Part shown: in pieces, positions 60,435 to 64,000 of the stretch
Layout of the letters: every line of letters starts with the position of its first letter
How positions within the stretch are numbered: the stretch's first letter is position 1
NCBI GenBank assembly: GCA_000708835.1
Contig: DF236957.1
Coordinates: 415,629 to 479,628, forward strand
Direction: 5' to 3'
From: Klebsormidium nitens
Taxonomy: Eukaryota; Plantae; Klebsormidiophyceae
DNA: 64,000 bases
Program-made: the position numbers and the translations under genes
Notes under the pieces: model-generated
The model's input: only the letters and a program-made list of their open reading frames with translations
Databases searched by the model: none
What the model was told of the DNA's origin: nothing

Positions 60435-62516
60435 CTATTTGTTCGCAAGCTGTAGGACGGCCTGCGCAAGCTGCCCTAAAGCATTGATCAATCCTGCACC
60501 CGTTTCCTTGGCCTGGTCTGCGTTCCTCTCCGCTACTGCCACTTTCTTCTCCTCAAGGTTCAGTTCCTTCTCCCTCAAGGCTATCGTCTCCTTGTGTCGC
60601 ACGTTCCTACTCTCCTCATGGTCCTTTAGCGTCTGGTTTGTTGCATCATTGTTGGCTCTGAGAATGTCACTAAGGCCCGATGAGCCCCTTGAACGCTTGT
60701 TTCCGAGCTTGTTCCCAGACTTCGCTGACCCTTTGCGCAGGACACCCGAGCTGTCTTCTGGCGACTCCTCCTCCTCCGAGTTGTTCGACTCTCCTGCAGA
60801 TGAACCTCCGTCGAGCCCCTTGCCACCTGCCTTGGGTACTTCGTACTGCCTTGCGCTGTCAAACACCAATGGGGGGTCAACACTCGCGCGTTCTTTGAGC
60901 CAAAACATGCTGCAAACTGAAGAGGAAAGGTGTCAGTGCAGGTCCGATCAATAGAGGAAGATCAAAGCAGGGCAGAATGAAGACAAGCTTTTAAGGGTTG
61001 GCGTTATTTGTTAGGACCAGTGGCAAACTTTTTTTTAAAGGCGCTAGTGTGACCGTGACACTGTAAAGCTTCTAACGTTATGCAGCCAGGAACCACCCAG
61101 CTGAAAGACACTGTAATCTAACGCGCACCCTAACACAATCTGGGGCAAACGCAGGCGCCGCGTGGGCCCACAACCAGTCAGACAGTCGGACGCAGTGTTG
61201 GCACCTCATAAGTACGCCAACATGACACAATAGCAGAGTGAACTCCTACCCTCGAAGATTGCACAGCTTTGAGCCGAAGCAATCTGTTTCAGAAAGCCGT
61301 TAATGTGACGTTGTAATGCTTCTAACGTTCGACAGCAGCAAGTCTTCTAAAAGCTGTGCAAGCAGCATGCATTTTCCACATCTTAGACACTACTAGTGCC
61401 TACTTGCTGTTCAATCAAGTAAGCAGGCTTTGTGCCGCAAAATGCAACTCCGATTGTCAACACTACTGTGCTCATCCAAGTACAAGAACTTGCTTCTCCA
61501 CCAGTCTGTGCTTCAGAGCTTCACAGTCTCCTACCAAGATCGCCTGAGTTCAAGTTGCAAGACGCAAGACGAAGCTGCTTCATTGAAACTTTGATCGCTT
61601 GCACGAAGCAGACACCACGTAGAGAGCAGAGACTTTTTCCAGGTCCTCACCTGAGTGACCCAAAGACTCACCTGTCAAATAGCTGCTTCGAGAAAGCAGG
61701 GGGCAGCCTGTACTCTTTCTTCTGATCCGGTGGCATGTCCCAGTAGGCAGGCTTCCCGCTTGGAGTGTTCTTGTCCCAATCGAAGACCTTCCTAAAGTCA
61801 GCAGCAAGCCTGTCCCACTTGTCTTCTACTTGAGAGGGAGTGCGAATAACAGGAGGGTCGAGCTTGGAAAGGCGCTCAGCAATCCTCTCAAACTTCTCTG
61901 CAGCGCTCATTGAGCGGTACTTGATGCCAGTGCTCTTGTCCCGCAACATCTCCTCATGCTCTTTGAGCTGCGCATTGAGCATCTCCACGTCGTAAACCCC
62001 CCAAACAGCTCTTGGCTTCTTGACAGCACCAGGCACCGCTCCAGGAGCTGCTGGCTTGGGAGGGGCAAGTGGTGTCTGCAGGATGACGGTATCTTCAGCA
62101 ACTGATGCTGGTGCTGCCTCTTGCCTTGTTGCTCCAGTAGGCGTCTGATGCAATGTGGCTGTTGCTTCATTATTGGCTGCATTGGCGCTTTGCTGGGCTG
62201 AAACGATGAAGGCTTCGATTAGACTTGCCACATCCTGAACGCTAGCTTGAGCTGGATCATAGGAAACGGTGTGGGCAAAGTGCCCGTCTGCAATCAGACA
62301 ACCTGCCAGATGAGCGGGCAACAGCTGCTGGAAGAGGGCTGGATCAAGCAGCGTCAAGTAGTGGGACACCTTCGCTGCAAAGTCCCCCTGAAAAACCTCA
62401 GACGACAATGCGGCCATGGTTCCGCTGCACTCCCTTCCTGAACCTTCTGTCTCTGCCTCTCCTTCGGTTAGGTATGTGCTTTTGCCTCCAGGCCTGCCTG
62501 AAGCTTCTGACTCCAT
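60435..62516 (-). CDS. Harbinger Myb/SANT (trihelix-type) DNA-binding partner, exons 62516-61672 and 60909-60435 (about 439 aa)
   Basis: FERIAERL...RTPSQVEDKWDRLAADFRKVFDW...AYWDMPPDQKKEYRLPPAF, followed by a C-terminal coiled-coil (RHKETIALREKELNLEEKK) typical of Harbinger ORF2. Confidence 0.9.
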
Positions 62517-62990
62517 GTTAACGCAACTTTCTGCTTTTCAAACTTGAACTGTCTGCCAAAACACAAAGCGCGGGCTCTTCTGGGGCTGTTTGGCGGGTGC
62601 TTGCAGATTCTGCCGGCTGAACTTGACAGGCACGGTAATGTGACCAATGAGAGTCCTCATATCAGGCACGTAACCTACTTTGCGGGACCCGCAAGAGTCT
62701 GTGGATCGAAGAATGGCCGGTCTACGATTAAGCGGAATCGCAACGACTTCGCGGAAATTCGCACGAGCGAACATGCGGAAGCGGGTCCATGCGGCGGTGT
62801 TTTTCGATCCGAACGTGTGAAACTCCGCTTAAAATAAGCGGAACCGGCCGCATGCGACGAGGCCCTAAGGCTAGGTCCTTTGGTCAACGCTGTTTTCGGT
62901 TCCTCGAATTGCGGACATCGATCGAAATTCTGGGGGGCTTGCCAGTCCAACGATCACCAACTGACCAGTGACCGGCGAACCGCAACTTTT

Positions 62991-63151
62991 GCAATGTAAA
63001 GCCCGGTTCCGTTGGAAAACGTCAGCATCTCCAACCGAACCGGTCCAATGTAATGGAGGTAAGAGCTCACTTACATTGCACCGGTTACGGTTGGATTCCA
63101 ACCGGTGACGCACAGTTGGACGCTTCCAACCGGAACTGGTAATTACATTGG
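62991..63151. repeat. Imperfect nested foldback built from CAATGTAA and CCAACCGG-like motifs
   Basis: Inner stem 63031-63053 pairs with 63071-63094 (one mismatch, one indel). Outer arm 62991-63017 is similar to the reverse complement of 63124-63151. Confidence 0.7.
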
Positions 63152-64000
63152 CCCGGTTGGATGTCCGTCGCGACCCCCTTCGCGAAAGGGGAAAAAGAGC
63201 ATTGCCACGTGGTCATGAAGCAGTAAATGCAGATTCGGCCGGCATGATCATCAGCTCGATCAGCGTGGCCTGCATGCAGCTGTAACAACTTGCGCAGACT
63301 GCACATACTGCACAAACACCTGAGACCTGAGTGCATCGTTCTGATCATAGATTTTTACCGTAGATTCAGATGGTTTTCCGCCCTCCCGCCTTTCCACAAG
63401 GTTCAAAGAACGGAGCTTCAAGTCTGAGAAAGCAACCAAGCTTGAACATCTTCACAGGTTCTAAGTGCACCCAGCGGGCACTGAACTTTCTTGTTGCTGC
63501 CAGGCAATTGTATCACTTCCAATTGGAAAACTAGAGAGAGAATGGCGTACCCTTTTAGAGCAACGCCAGACAATGTGCTCAGGTTCTCTCAATCCTTCTC
63601 ACCAGAGAAACTCCAGCAGTATCACATTCGGGCACGCTCCAATCAGGCAGCCTTTGAAGACGATGCACAGGAAGCTTGTAACGATTACGACTGGTTAAGC
63701 CTAACCTCGTTCTCGACAGGATTTCGTTGACCGCGGGTTAGCGAAACGGCGGTGGTTACGTCTTAACGACGCACTGCGTGGCTGTCTGCAAGACGGCGTG
63801 ATATCCCGGATGGATCGGTCTCAGTGAGCCAATGTCACCGTTCAGGATAAGTTGTGTTCGGCTTCGCCGTTCGATGCAGCCAAGCTTATCTGTGCTCTGC
63901 ACAGCTTGCGTGACAGGTCTTGTCAAAGGTAGTGGACAAGAGAGAGCTATACGATTAGCCGCACAATCCACGTTGTATATAGAGCTGTATGCTATTGGTG

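Larger units (their letters stand above)
57496..62865. mobile_element. Autonomous-type PIF/Harbinger DNA transposon (5370 bp) with two convergent genes
   Basis: Perfect 33-bp TIRs GGGCCTCGTCGCATGCGGCCGGTTCCGCTTATT (57496-57528) and its reverse complement (62833-62865). Flanks are CCTTA and TAAGG. The TIRs enclose the transposase and Myb/SANT genes. Confidence 0.95.

Overview
Intron-rich eukaryotic nuclear DNA with GC-rich exons and plant-type genes. An interstitial TTTTAGGG array suggests a streptophyte alga such as Klebsormidium (inference). Hand-spliced genes, in order: QCR7 (-), a PAO/PTC52-family Rieske oxygenase (+), a secreted phytocyanin (-), an intronless Sel1-repeat gene (+), a 16.5-kb PDR/ABCG transporter with several non-canonical ATPase motifs (-), a membrane-anchored BAG-domain gene not visible as one ORF (+), a PhoD-like phosphatase with a 6.7-kb intron (+), and an alpha-crystallin-domain gene resembling plant IDM3 (-). 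These are followed by a hAT-like MITE and an apparently intact 5.37-kb PIF/Harbinger element with perfect 33-bp TIRs, a DDE transposase and a trihelix Myb/SANT partner. The lead hypothesis is the clustering within 10 kb of an IDM3-like ACD gene, a Harbinger transposase and a Harbinger Myb protein. These three families work together in the Arabidopsis IDM anti-silencing complex. The ACD gene lies outside the TIRs, so chance adjacency is not excluded. Other notable signals are recurrent 'echo' copies of exon edges inside introns and a perfect 38-bp hairpin beside a 20-bp palindrome. Family assignments rest on motif recognition from memory; no searches were run.
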